Assembly: GCA_964611035.1 (NCBI GenBank)
Contig: CAZSWT010000012.1
Location: forward strand, 89-64,088
DNA: 64,000 bases
From: an uncultured Desulfobacteraceae bacterium
Lineage (GTDB): Bacteria; Desulfobacterota; DSM-4660; Desulfatiglandales; B25-G16
Direction: 5' to 3'
Under the pieces are notes generated by a model. It saw nothing but the letters and a program-made list of their open reading frames with translations, was not told where the DNA came from and made no database searches. Positions 1 to 8,500 of this stretch are shown one piece after another. The stretch's first letter is position 1; every line of letters begins with the position of its first letter. The translations under genes were made by a program, and so were the position numbers.

Positions 1-604
1 TTTCTTTCGGTGAAAAAACAAGACAAACATCCAGAGGAAAGTCGCACTTTCGAGTCTCCCGCAGATCTTGTTGTTTTCTACAGATGCAATCTCGCAGCTC
101 AAACGATTTGGCTTGGAGTATTAAGGGTTTGATGTCATCATAGGGAAGAATAAACTCAGTTTTAACTGTTCCCTGCGCCGGAACAACGCGGTGCAGCGCT
201 GGCTCATAGCGCATTATCCCTTCTGCTCCGCCTTCATTCCAATATTGTTCACAAAGATGAGCCAGCTCATGGTCCATGATATCCCATTGTTCCTCGTAAA
301 AACCAACAACGAATGGAGCGAGCCGGAATCTCTTTATCCCATCTCTTTTTGTTGAGCCCCATATAATACCCTTGCCCACCATTGTCTTAAGTCTTGTCTC
401 AATTTCTTCCTGTGAGAGCTTGGACCGTTCCGCTATTGCATCGATTGCCTCACTTGTGCCAGTCATGTTACTTGCCACTAATGCTTCTTTGGGCGAAAAT
501 ATTTTCTTGAGGATCTGCAACTCAACACCAGAGGCAGTTCTCGGGAATCCTCCGGGCAGGAGATCTAAGGCATAGGCTAATTTTTTGTATGCATCAACAC
601 TCAT
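1..604 (-). CDS. Putative Fe-S cluster-binding protein; 5' part of the gene is present and the 3' end runs off the left edge (partial)
   Basis: Not in the ORF track because it has no stop in the window. Reverse-strand ATG at 604-602 is preceded by GGAG. My by-eye translation MSVDAYKKLAYALDLLPGGFPRTASGVELQILKKIF...RDCICRKQQDLRETRKCDFPLDVC stays open to position 1. The Cys-rich distal part looks like cluster ligands. It lies 16 nt downstream of the C_GCAxxG_C_C gene on the same strand. Confidence 0.5.
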   Translation of the reverse strand, partial: MSVDAYKKLAYALDLLPGGFPRTASGVELQILKKIFSPKEALVASNMTGTSEAIDAIAERSKLSQEEIETRLKTMVGKGIIWGSTKRDGIKRFRLAPFVVGFYEEQWDIMDHELAHLCEQYWNEGGAEGIMRYEPALHRVVPAQGTVKTEFILPYDDIKPLILQAKSFELRDCICRKQQDLRETRKCDFPLDVCLVFSPKE

Positions 605-620
605 CTTAATGCTCCTTATG

Positions 621-1103
621 TTATAGGGTTCCTTTATCTGCCATCTCGATACATTTATTCACTACGAACTTCAAAAAAATATCGCAGGTATTTTTCCAGC
701 CTTTGTTTTGGATAAACCGATTAAGCTCTTCTGGATTACTCCAATCACAGTTGCAGAGTTTCTTACAGTCTGTACTGCCAAATTCTTTTAAAAAGTCACT
801 ATAAAGCTCGGACACAGCATGAATGGCCTTGTTTCTTTCCTGTTCATGCTCCTCCGGGATGCCTTCTTTGCCTTGACCGCAGCGAAGGCCAATAGCTATG
901 CTACTGCCAATCAGAAGACCACATGTAGTTTGTCCAGACGAAATGGCCCCCATATATCCAGCAGTAGCCCACGAATATCCTTTTGGTGGTAAGTCCCACA
1001 TGGCCTGCAAGCCTTGCAAGCTGGCTTCAGCTCACGTATAGAGATGCATCCTTTTATATGCCTTGGTTAAAACATCCTCAAAAAAATCTAAATCTTTTAT
1101 CAT
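621..1103 (-). CDS. C_GCAxxG_C_C-family putative redox protein; candidate selenoprotein with in-frame TGA at 1034-1032
   Basis: The tracked ORF (621-1019) has TCGLLIG, STDCKKL and NTCDIF, matching the GCAxxG, C and C positions of the family. ATG at 1103-1101 with AGAGGTGA upstream reads MIKDLDFFEDVLTKAYKRMHLYT-TGA-AEASLQGLQAMW in the same frame. This places the TGA where the first conserved Cys is expected. Confidence 0.6.
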
Positions 1104-1168
1104 GATCACCTCTTTTTATTTATCCATAGAATAAAAAATTCCTTCATTGGGTTCTGGCCGCATGGAAT

Positions 1169-1456
1169 TTATTCCGTCCCCTCTTTTGTATCATTTATGT
1201 TCGGTTGGTCTTTAATGAACGAGCGAATGAGGTTTGTCCCGCTGAAGTGGTCCAGGGTAATACAGGTAATGGCTCTCTCCGGACCTAATAATGTACGTCG
1301 TATTTTGCTGTAACTCGATTTCTGTCTATAATGTGACAGGATGCGTTCTCCAAGTTCCTTCAAGTACTCAATCTTGCGAATGATCTCATTGTGTGGGGTT
1401 TTACGGAGTAGAAAAAGTATAGGAGAGAAGGGATTGTGTGTCAAAAGAAAAAACAT
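1169..1456 (-). CDS. Hypothetical protein (95 aa)
   Basis: ORF track only. I recognise no family. Confidence 0.3.
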   Translation of the reverse strand: MFFLLTHNPFSPILFLLRKTPHNEIIRKIEYLKELGERILSHYRQKSSYSKIRRTLLGPERAITCITLDHFSGTNLIRSFIKDQPNINDTKEGTE

Positions 1457-1560
1457 AAAAGTTATGTTAGTAGTAAAGGGTTGGCCTCATTTTTTAACGT
1501 AGTAATACTCAACAGATTATCTATGAAGAGGATAAGAATAAGTTAAAGGATGAGGCCAAA

Positions 1561-1752
1561 ATGCAGGCATCCTTAATGGCAGATGAGTTGATAAAACAAT
1601 TAAGTTCAGAGATTGAAAAATCCGCTCGGCAGACAATGGTAACATTGGCAGCAAGCTTTGGAGCAAAATCGGTTTTACTAGATTTCAGTAAGTCTCAGTT
1701 ATCAGAGAGAGAGGTCACTGATCTCACCCAGCAACAACTTGTGGAAGAATAG
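1561..1752 (+). CDS. Hypothetical small protein (63 aa)
   Basis: ORF with AGGATGAGG upstream of the ATG. No recognisable family. Confidence 0.3.
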   Translation: MQASLMADELIKQLSSEIEKSARQTMVTLAASFGAKSVLLDFSKSQLSEREVTDLTQQQLVEE

Positions 1753-1871
1753 TGTAGTATTGTGAGCCTAAGAGAATGTGTTGATCCCATTTATTCTATA
1801 AAAAAGGGAGGTATTTCCTTGAGATGAGGCAGGAATAAAGATTTGGCCACATGCATGGGGATAAAATGTAA

Positions 1872-1915
1872 AAGCCCCCAGGGGAATCTTTCCAGTCCCT
1901 TGGGGGCTTTTCGTT
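1872..1915 (+). terminator. Rho-independent terminator-like hairpin
   Basis: AAGCCCCCAGGGG...CCCTTGGGGGCTT stem followed by TTTTCGTT. Confidence 0.6.
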
Positions 1916-1944
1916 GCTAATTTTGTAATAACCTCTTTAATCAC

Positions 1945-1973
1945 TTGACCGGTAACATATGCTCATCTATATT
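1945..1973 (+). promoter_or_regulatory. Sigma70-like promoter for the dehydratase gene
   Basis: TTGACC (1945-1950), a 17-nt spacer, then TATATT (1968-1973). It lies ~47 nt upstream of the ATG at 2020. Confidence 0.5.
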
Positions 1974-2019
1974 TCTTTTTTTTATGAAAGGTAATTACAA
2001 TCAAACAGAGGAGGAAAAA

Positions 2020-3465
2020 ATGGCCATAAAAACAGTAGATGAATATCGAGAAAGAATTTCCAAACTGAAACCGAGGCTTTTTATAGGAGGGAAAAAGGTT
2101 GAGAAACTGGCTGATCATCCAATTACAAAGGGGGTTATTGAGGCAACAGCAAAGGTCTATGAGCTCACCCTGGATCCTCAATATGATGATATCATGACAG
2201 CAAAGTCTCATCTTACAGGTGAAACTATCAGCAGAAGCCTGCATATCCATCAGAGCACTCAAGATCTTGAGAAACGCCTGGAGATGGCCCGCTTGAGCAG
2301 CCAAAAGTTAGGGACCTGTAACTACCGCTGTCCCGGAAATGAGATGCTTCCAGTCCTGGCAGCCACAACATGGGAGATAGATAAAGATAAAGGAACGGAG
2401 TATTATAAAAGATTTACGGAATACCTCAAGCATTCCCAGAGAGAGGATTTGGTAGTGAGTGGATCTGTTACTGATACAAAGGGTGATAGGAGCAAAAGAC
2501 CCCTTGATCAGGATCCCGATTCCTATGTACATGTCGTGGAAAAAAAATCAGATGGCATTATTGTTAGCGGGGCAAAGCAGCATACTACTGCTGGATATGC
2601 AGCCGATGAAAACCTTATACTTCCTGGCCTTTCCTGCAGGAGAGGAGAAGAAGATTATGCCCTCGCATTTGCTGTACCAAATGGGTCTGAAGGAATAACA
2701 TATATAGGCCAGTACAATCCGTATAGTGTAGAAAGGGAGTATGCAGATGATATACGTTATGTAGGAAATCCTATATATGGACAGAGGGAGACATGCCTCA
2801 TAGTCCTTGATAGGGTATTTGTCCCTTGGGAGAGGGTATTCATGTGCGGTGAGATTGAATATACGCAAAAGTTTATCAGGAGATTTGCAAAGACCCACAG
2901 AATGAACTGTGGTGGTGCTTGCAAGGTAGGTTTTATGGATCTGATAATTGGGGCAACTCAGCTTATTGCAGAATATAATGGTATTTCAAAGGCATCACAT
3001 ATTGTAGATAAGATAACCAGGATGATAAAGTTAAACAATACATCACTGGCATGTGCTATTGCTGCTGCGCATATGGGAAAGGAAGAGCCAGTTGGTTCCG
3101 GTGTCTTTATGCCAGATGAAACAATGAGTAATCTTGCAAAACTAGATACCAATGATGGCTTCTGGGAGGTAATTGCCCTTGCAGGGGATATAGCAGGTGG
3201 AATAGCAGTTACTATGCCAGGTGAGATGGAGCTTGAAAACCCTGAGATAGATAAATATGTTTCTAAATATCTTAAATCTGCTGTAAGTGCGAAAAAGAGG
3301 ATGAGGATTGCAAGGTTTATCCAAAACTGGGTGGCAGGGCTTCATGGCGTTGCTACATATCAGGGTGCAGGTCCAAGCCAAAATGAGATGTTGATCCTTT
3401 ACAGGACAACAGATTTAGAGGAAAAGAAAAGGATGGCCGAGGAATTGGCTAATACATATAATTAA
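2020..3465 (+). CDS. 4-hydroxybutyryl-CoA dehydratase / vinylacetyl-CoA isomerase family protein (AbfD/HpaB superfamily)
   Basis: The N-terminus MAIKTVDEYRERISKLKPRLFIGGKKVEKLADHP is typical of the family. The CNYRC (CxxxC) motif fits the AbfD Fe-S ligands. I prefer the ATG at 2020 (GAGGAGGAAAAA upstream) over the track start at 1945. Confidence 0.75.
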   Translation: MAIKTVDEYRERISKLKPRLFIGGKKVEKLADHPITKGVIEATAKVYELTLDPQYDDIMTAKSHLTGETISRSLHIHQSTQDLEKRLEMARLSSQKLGTCNYRCPGNEMLPVLAATTWEIDKDKGTEYYKRFTEYLKHSQREDLVVSGSVTDTKGDRSKRPLDQDPDSYVHVVEKKSDGIIVSGAKQHTTAGYAADENLILPGLSCRRGEEDYALAFAVPNGSEGITYIGQYNPYSVEREYADDIRYVGNPIYGQRETCLIVLDRVFVPWERVFMCGEIEYTQKFIRRFAKTHRMNCGGACKVGFMDLIIGATQLIAEYNGISKASHIVDKITRMIKLNNTSLACAIAAAHMGKEEPVGSGVFMPDETMSNLAKLDTNDGFWEVIALAGDIAGGIAVTMPGEMELENPEIDKYVSKYLKSAVSAKKRMRIARFIQNWVAGLHGVATYQGAGPSQNEMLILYRTTDLEEKKRMAEELANTYN

Positions 3466-3561
3466 TGCTTGCTGTCGGTTGTTTGTTGTCTCTTGCAATG
3501 GACTAAGGGCCCCTGACAACTGACTTTCCATTTTTAGGTGTGAACCCAACAAACCCAAATA

Positions 3562-6500
3562 ATGTCAGACAAAAGAGATAATCTGAGTATCCTGAAGAAA
3601 GGAATAAAGGATAAGATAAGGCTTATAGATGTAACTGGCCTCACTGGCTCCGCATTGGCCTACCTATTATCCCAGCTTCTTATCGAAGTAGACCATCCTT
3701 GTTTGATGGTTTTCCCCAACTCTGAGGAGGCTGGAAAATTTTACAAAGATCTGGATTTTTTTCTTTCCAACCAGAATAATGGGCCTTCCCCAGACCTTAG
3801 GAGAATATTCTTTTTTCCTTCCTATGATATTTCACCTCTCACAGGATTAAGTCCACCAAAAGAATTGGTAAGGCAAAGGATAGAGGCACTTTATGCCCTT
3901 TCAACCTTGCGAGATGCGGTTGTTGTTACATCATTAGAGGCCATTATGAGTCGCCTTTTGCCAAAAAAGATCCTTCTTAACTCGGTTGACTATATCGCTA
4001 TTAACGAGGAGATTGACAGGGATGATTTGATAAAAAAGTTGATAAGTTTTGGTTATCTTCGAACCTCATTAGTGGAGGAGAGAGGTGATTTTGCTGTAAG
4101 AGGTGGTGTTATCGATCTATACGCGCCCTTATATGATTCAGCAGTGAGGATTGAATTCTGGGGAAACACTGTGGAATCCATAAGACTCTTTAATCCAGTC
4201 AATCAAAGATCCAAATTTGATTTGAAAGAGCTCATTATTCTGCCTGCGAATGAAATCATTCTGGGACCTTCAAACATTACAAGGGCACGATCAATGGGCA
4301 GACTTCCATCGACTTTGGAATCAGGTGGGAATTTTCCAGGGATTGAGGCATGGCTGCACCATTTCTACTCCTCTCTTGATTCCATCTTTAGCTATCTTCC
4401 CAAAGAAGGTCATATTTGCGTTACCCAATCAGATACTTTTATAGAGAGAGCCAGGCCTATCTTAGAAAAGCTTAATAACGAAACAGCAAGATTTAGGGAT
4501 GAGTGCTTAGAAAAAGGAAAACCATTTCCTCAAACTGATAATAACTTTCTCGAGATACAAGAACTGAAAGTGTCCATTGCTGGATATCAAAAAATTTCTT
4601 TTTTCGATTTTACTATCAAGAGCACTTTTAAAAAGGAGGGTCTGGCAGTCGATTTCAAGGAATCAGTAATGCCAGACATGGAATATGAATCTCGGGATAT
4701 CACTCATCCAAAGGTCTCACTCACCCCTCTCGCAGTTAAGGTTAAGACATGGATTGATGAGGGAAATCAGATTGTACTCGTATGTAGGACATCACAGCAG
4801 GCAGGACGTCTAAGGGAAATTCTGCTCAATTATCAAATCAGTGTTAAAGAAATATTCCCTGATTGGTCACGGATTAAAAGGAAAAGAGGGCTATACATCT
4901 GTTTGGGATACCTCTCTCAAGGATTGAGATTTACTGCCTCAAACCTGATCATCATTACAGAAGATGAGATCTTTGGAGAAAAAAGGGGAGGGAAAAGGAG
5001 AAAAAAAGAAGACAGGGTTCAGGCAATCCCATGGACAGGATTTAGCCAATTACAGGCAGGTGATTTGGTTGTTCACCGGGATCACGGGATCGGGCGCTAT
5101 GGCGGGCTTTTAAAGATGGAGATCAGCAGCAGAATAAGGGATTTTGTAATTATTGAATATGCGGGAAACGACAGGCTTTATATCCCGGCAGATAGGATAA
5201 ACATTATCCAGAAATATATTGGTTTAGATGAAGATAATCCTCAATTAGACAGGCTTGGTGGAAGATCATGGCCTTTAGCGAAAAAGAAGGCCAGAAGGGC
5301 AATAGAAGAGATAGCCAAAGACCTTGTTAAAATCTATGCCATGAGAAAGCTTCTCAGGGGTTTTTCCTTTTCAAAGGCAGATAATTACTATAGGGAATTT
5401 GAGGCAAACTTTGATTATGAGGAAACTCCAGATCAAATCAAGGTTATTGATGATGTGCTCTCTGATATGGAGTCAGACAGACCAATGGATCGGCTCATTT
5501 GTGGTGATGTAGGTTTTGGTAAAACAGAGGTAGCTATGAGAGCTGCTTTTAAGGCTATTATGGATGGAAAACAGGTAGCTGTTCTTTCACCTACCACCGT
5601 GTTAGCTGAGCAGCATTACCAGACTTTCTCAAAACGCTTTGATTCTTATCCTTTCAGGATTGCTGTCATGAGTCGTTTCGTTTCAAAGCCAGAGCAAAAA
5701 AAAGTAATAGGTGATTTATCTTTGGGGAAGATTGATATTATTATTGGTACCCATAGAATCCTTTCTGATGATGTTGTATTTAAAGATCTGGGCCTATTTG
5801 TGATTGATGAGGAACAGCGTTTTGGTGTTAAAGACAAGGAAAAATTAAAAAAATATCGGAATTCCGTTGATATTATTGCAATGACAGCTACACCTATTCC
5901 AAGGACCCTCCATATGTCATTGATGGGGGTCAGGGACCTGAGTATAATTAAAACCCCACCTGCTGACAGGCTCTCTATTCAGACATATGTTTCCAGATTT
6001 GATGAAGATATTATATCTCATGCAATCGAAAAGGAGTTAGAGAGGGGAGGGCAGATCTTTTTTGTCCACAATCGGGTTCAAACCATTGAGATAATGGCAG
6101 ATACATTGAGCAGGCTTGTTCCCAACGCAAGGATTGACATTGCCCATGGTCAGATGAAGGAGAGGGATTTAGAGAAGGCAATGATTAAATTCTTGGCCAG
6201 GGAGACAGATGTCCTTGTGTGCACTACCATAATAGATTCAGGTCTGGATATACCTTCAGCAAATACTATAATAATTAATAAGGTAGATCGCTTTGGCCTG
6301 GCTGAGATCTATCAGCTCAGGGGGAGAGTTGGTAGGTCTAATGTGAAGGCTTATGCATACCTCCTGGTTTCAGATGGCTCTCATTTGACACGAGATGCCC
6401 AGAAAAGACTAAAGGTCTTGATGGATTTTTCGTGCTTAGGCTCGGGAGTCAACATCGCCTTAAATGATTTAAGGATAAGAGGGGGTGGAAACATACTTGG

Positions 6501-7056
6501 TTTCTCTCAATCAGGTCATATAAAGGCTATTGGCTATGAACTATATCTAAAAATGATAGAACAGGCAATTGCGGAGCTAAAAGGAGAGGTATGGCAAGAG
6601 GAAATATTTCCTGAGATACATACTGATTTACCAGTTTTTATTCCTCACAGCTATATTGAGGAGAGTGATGTCAGGCTGGATATATACAGACGCTTATCCG
6701 CCATTAAGGGTAAACATGAATTAAAGGAGATGGTACGGGAAATAGAAGATAGGTTTGGACCCTTGCCCAAAGAGGTTGTAAACCTTATCTCTGTTATTAA
6801 GATAAAGATAGGCCTGAAGAAAATTGGCTCAACAGTGTTAGACATTAAAAATGATTATATGATCTTTTCCTTCTCTAAGGATACCCATTTATCACCATCT
6901 GACTTGATTGATTTAGTTTCCAGTCATCCGGATAATTTCTCATTCTTATCCGATCAGAAACTCAAGGTTGTGAGAGAGAAAAAGAGATCCTTTTCTACCC
7001 TTGGAGAGGCAGAGGAGATAGTAAATCAATTTGATCGCTATATCGTAAAAAATTGA
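3562..7056 (+). CDS. mfd: Transcription-repair coupling factor Mfd
   Basis: 1164 aa. Has a CarD-like segment (GDLVVHRDHGIGRYGGL), helicase motifs (GDVGFGKTEV, DEEQRFGV) and a TRCF C-terminal domain. Confidence 0.95.
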   Translation: MSDKRDNLSILKKGIKDKIRLIDVTGLTGSALAYLLSQLLIEVDHPCLMVFPNSEEAGKFYKDLDFFLSNQNNGPSPDLRRIFFFPSYDISPLTGLSPPKELVRQRIEALYALSTLRDAVVVTSLEAIMSRLLPKKILLNSVDYIAINEEIDRDDLIKKLISFGYLRTSLVEERGDFAVRGGVIDLYAPLYDSAVRIEFWGNTVESIRLFNPVNQRSKFDLKELIILPANEIILGPSNITRARSMGRLPSTLESGGNFPGIEAWLHHFYSSLDSIFSYLPKEGHICVTQSDTFIERARPILEKLNNETARFRDECLEKGKPFPQTDNNFLEIQELKVSIAGYQKISFFDFTIKSTFKKEGLAVDFKESVMPDMEYESRDITHPKVSLTPLAVKVKTWIDEGNQIVLVCRTSQQAGRLREILLNYQISVKEIFPDWSRIKRKRGLYICLGYLSQGLRFTASNLIIITEDEIFGEKRGGKRRKKEDRVQAIPWTGFSQLQAGDLVVHRDHGIGRYGGLLKMEISSRIRDFVIIEYAGNDRLYIPADRINIIQKYIGLDEDNPQLDRLGGRSWPLAKKKARRAIEEIAKDLVKIYAMRKLLRGFSFSKADNYYREFEANFDYEETPDQIKVIDDVLSDMESDRPMDRLICGDVGFGKTEVAMRAAFKAIMDGKQVAVLSPTTVLAEQHYQTFSKRFDSYPFRIAVMSRFVSKPEQKKVIGDLSLGKIDIIIGTHRILSDDVVFKDLGLFVIDEEQRFGVKDKEKLKKYRNSVDIIAMTATPIPRTLHMSLMGVRDLSIIKTPPADRLSIQTYVSRFDEDIISHAIEKELERGGQIFFVHNRVQTIEIMADTLSRLVPNARIDIAHGQMKERDLEKAMIKFLARETDVLVCTTIIDSGLDIPSANTIIINKVDRFGLAEIYQLRGRVGRSNVKAYAYLLVSDGSHLTRDAQKRLKVLMDFSCLGSGVNIALNDLRIRGGGNILGFSQSGHIKAIGYELYLKMIEQAIAELKGEVWQEEIFPEIHTDLPVFIPHSYIEESDVRLDIYRRLSAIKGKHELKEMVREIEDRFGPLPKEVVNLISVIKIKIGLKKIGSTVLDIKNDYMIFSFSKDTHLSPSDLIDLVSSHPDNFSFLSDQKLKVVREKKRSFSTLGEAEEIVNQFDRYIVKN

Positions 7057-7127
7057 TCCAAATTCTTCTTGCATTCCCCATAATGATAGTATAATTTAAA
7101 TAAATTATGTCATTTTTTATAAATTTA

Positions 7128-7251
7128 TAGTATAGGAAATCCCATTTTTTAGACAGGATAGACGGGATGTTCAGGATATAAAGAAAATAAGAAAATCTTG
7201 TTAATCGTGGTAATCCTGTCAAAAAAGTTCCGCCGAAGGCGGCTAAGTTCA
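7128..7251 (+). repeat. Structured repeat unit A (R1 family)
   Basis: TAGTATAGGAAATCCCATTTTTTAGACAGGAT...ATCCTGTCAAAAAAGTTCCGCCGAAGGCGGCTAAGTTCA. It appears identical by eye to 45008-45131. Confidence 0.85.
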
Positions 7252-7259
7252 TAGTATAG

Positions 7260-8288
7260 ACTATGATAGATTTTAGGTTGTAAGGAAGTCCCTCAAGGGT
7301 TAATAAACCCGAAGATAAAAATCTTTAAAAAGGAGGAACTTCCTATGGCAATTAAAGTAAAGAGAAGCAAGATTAATTTCAAGGGAAAAATGGTTAACAT
7401 TGGTATCGACATGCATAAAAAATCCTGGCGAATCACTGCCCTTGTTGAAGGGGATATAGTTATGGCTGTAACACTTGCCAGGCCAAACTATGATTCTTTC
7501 AAGAAATTACTGGTTCAGTTTTTAGGCAATTACGTGCGCATAGTTTACGAAGCCGGTCCTGGTGGATTCGACCTATATGACAGGCTTACAGATGATGGCG
7601 TTGAATGCATTGTTACTCCTCCGTCCTTGATCCCCACCGCGAGCGGATCTAAGGTCAAAACAGATAAAAAGGATAGTTACAAGCTGGCCAGGCTGCTTGA
7701 AAGCAATATGCTTAAGCAAGTATGGGTCCTTTCTCCTGAAGAAAGGGCTCACAGGCAGTTGGCAAGGACCAGACGGCAGATAGTTAATCATCGTTCAGAT
7801 GTCATGCGCCAGATCAAGAGCCTGCTCTTGTTTCACAGCATCGAAATCCCTTTCTCAAGTCGCCAGCAGTGGACTGGGCCTTTTACAAAATGGCTTCATG
7901 GGCTCGATCTTGGCGATGAATACCTCAACAAATCACTTGAGGCCTTGATCAAGCTTTTCGATTATCTGAGCATTGAGAAAAAGAGCCTGACCCACGAGGT
8001 CATTAAACTGGCCAGGGAAGAAAAATATGCATCAAGGGTAAAGCTCCTTAAAAGTGTACCTGGTATCGGGGCATTGAGCGCTATGGAGATCCTGGTTGAG
8101 CTTCAGGATATCGCTCGTTTTAAAACAGCCGATGAGCTTGCTGCCTACCTTGGCTTGACACCATCTCAACATTCTAGTGGAGAGCATACCAGAATGGGAC
8201 ATATAACCCATGCAGGCAATGATAGGGTAAGAACCACGCTGGTTGAATCCTCCTGGATCTTGATTGGAAAGGATCCTGAAATAAAAAA
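7260..8288 (+). mobile_element. IS110-family insertion sequence (minimal extent; the right boundary could instead be 8500)
   Basis: The flanks TAGTATAG| and |GAAATCCC rejoin to the sequence seen at the uninterrupted unit junction at 8501-8516. There is no target duplication. The element carries a DEDD-type transposase. Confidence 0.75.
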
Positions 8289-8334
8289 GAAATCCCATTT
8301 TTTAGACAGGATAGACGGGATGTTCAGGATATAA
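7345..8334 (+). CDS. IS110-family (DEDD / Transposase_20) transposase; the C-terminal 14 codons are read from the flanking repeat
   Basis: Motifs NIGIDMHKKSW, YEAGPGGFDLYDRL, KTDKKDSYKLARLL and LKSVPGIGALSAMEILVELQDIARFKTADELAAYLGLTPSQHSSGEH. The tail SHFLDRIDGMFRI* is encoded by repeat-unit sequence. Confidence 0.85.
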   Translation: MAIKVKRSKINFKGKMVNIGIDMHKKSWRITALVEGDIVMAVTLARPNYDSFKKLLVQFLGNYVRIVYEAGPGGFDLYDRLTDDGVECIVTPPSLIPTASGSKVKTDKKDSYKLARLLESNMLKQVWVLSPEERAHRQLARTRRQIVNHRSDVMRQIKSLLLFHSIEIPFSSRQQWTGPFTKWLHGLDLGDEYLNKSLEALIKLFDYLSIEKKSLTHEVIKLAREEKYASRVKLLKSVPGIGALSAMEILVELQDIARFKTADELAAYLGLTPSQHSSGEHTRMGHITHAGNDRVRTTLVESSWILIGKDPEIKKKSHFLDRIDGMFRI

Positions 8335-8500
8335 AGAAAATCTTGTTAATCGTGTTAATCCCTGGCCCAGACCTGATTTATAGGCACAAGTTCCAAAAAT
8401 TAATCTCCTGAAATATTACAGCGACAATAGCTTATTCCAAGCAAGTCGCACCAGGGCGGGCCTGTCAAAAAAGTTCCCCGACATGTCGGGGCTAAGTTCA
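8289..8500 (+). repeat. Structured repeat unit B (R1 family), interrupted by a 101-bp insert
   Basis: Same unit sequence as C, but TAATC|CTGTC is split by 8361-8461. The hairpin variant is CCCCGACATGTCGGGG. Confidence 0.8.
8361..8461 (+). repeat. Nested ~101-bp element inside unit B
   Basis: Absent from units A, C and D. A related copy in opposite orientation lies at about 16914-17018 and shares GCCCGCCCTGG(T/C)GCGAC and AATCAGGTCTGGGCCAGG ends. Confidence 0.6.

Noticed and set aside
372-575. 67-aa + strand ORF from the track
   Set aside because: It lies antisense within the better-supported reverse-strand Fe-S protein gene (1-604). It has no RBS and low-complexity composition.
1963-3381. 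Several reverse-strand ORFs (1963-2304, 2308-2532, 2548-2898, 2958-3152, 3142-3381)
   Set aside because: All are antisense shadows of the AbfD-like gene, with no independent support.
7260-7344. Bridge-RNA gene in the 5' non-coding end of the IS110 element
   Set aside because: Only 85 nt separate the left junction from the ATG. That is too short for the two-loop RNA described for IS621-type elements. I also found no reconstituted -35/-10 across the joined ends (...GAAATAAAAAA|ACTATGATAG...). A 3'-located RNA remains possible (see findings).
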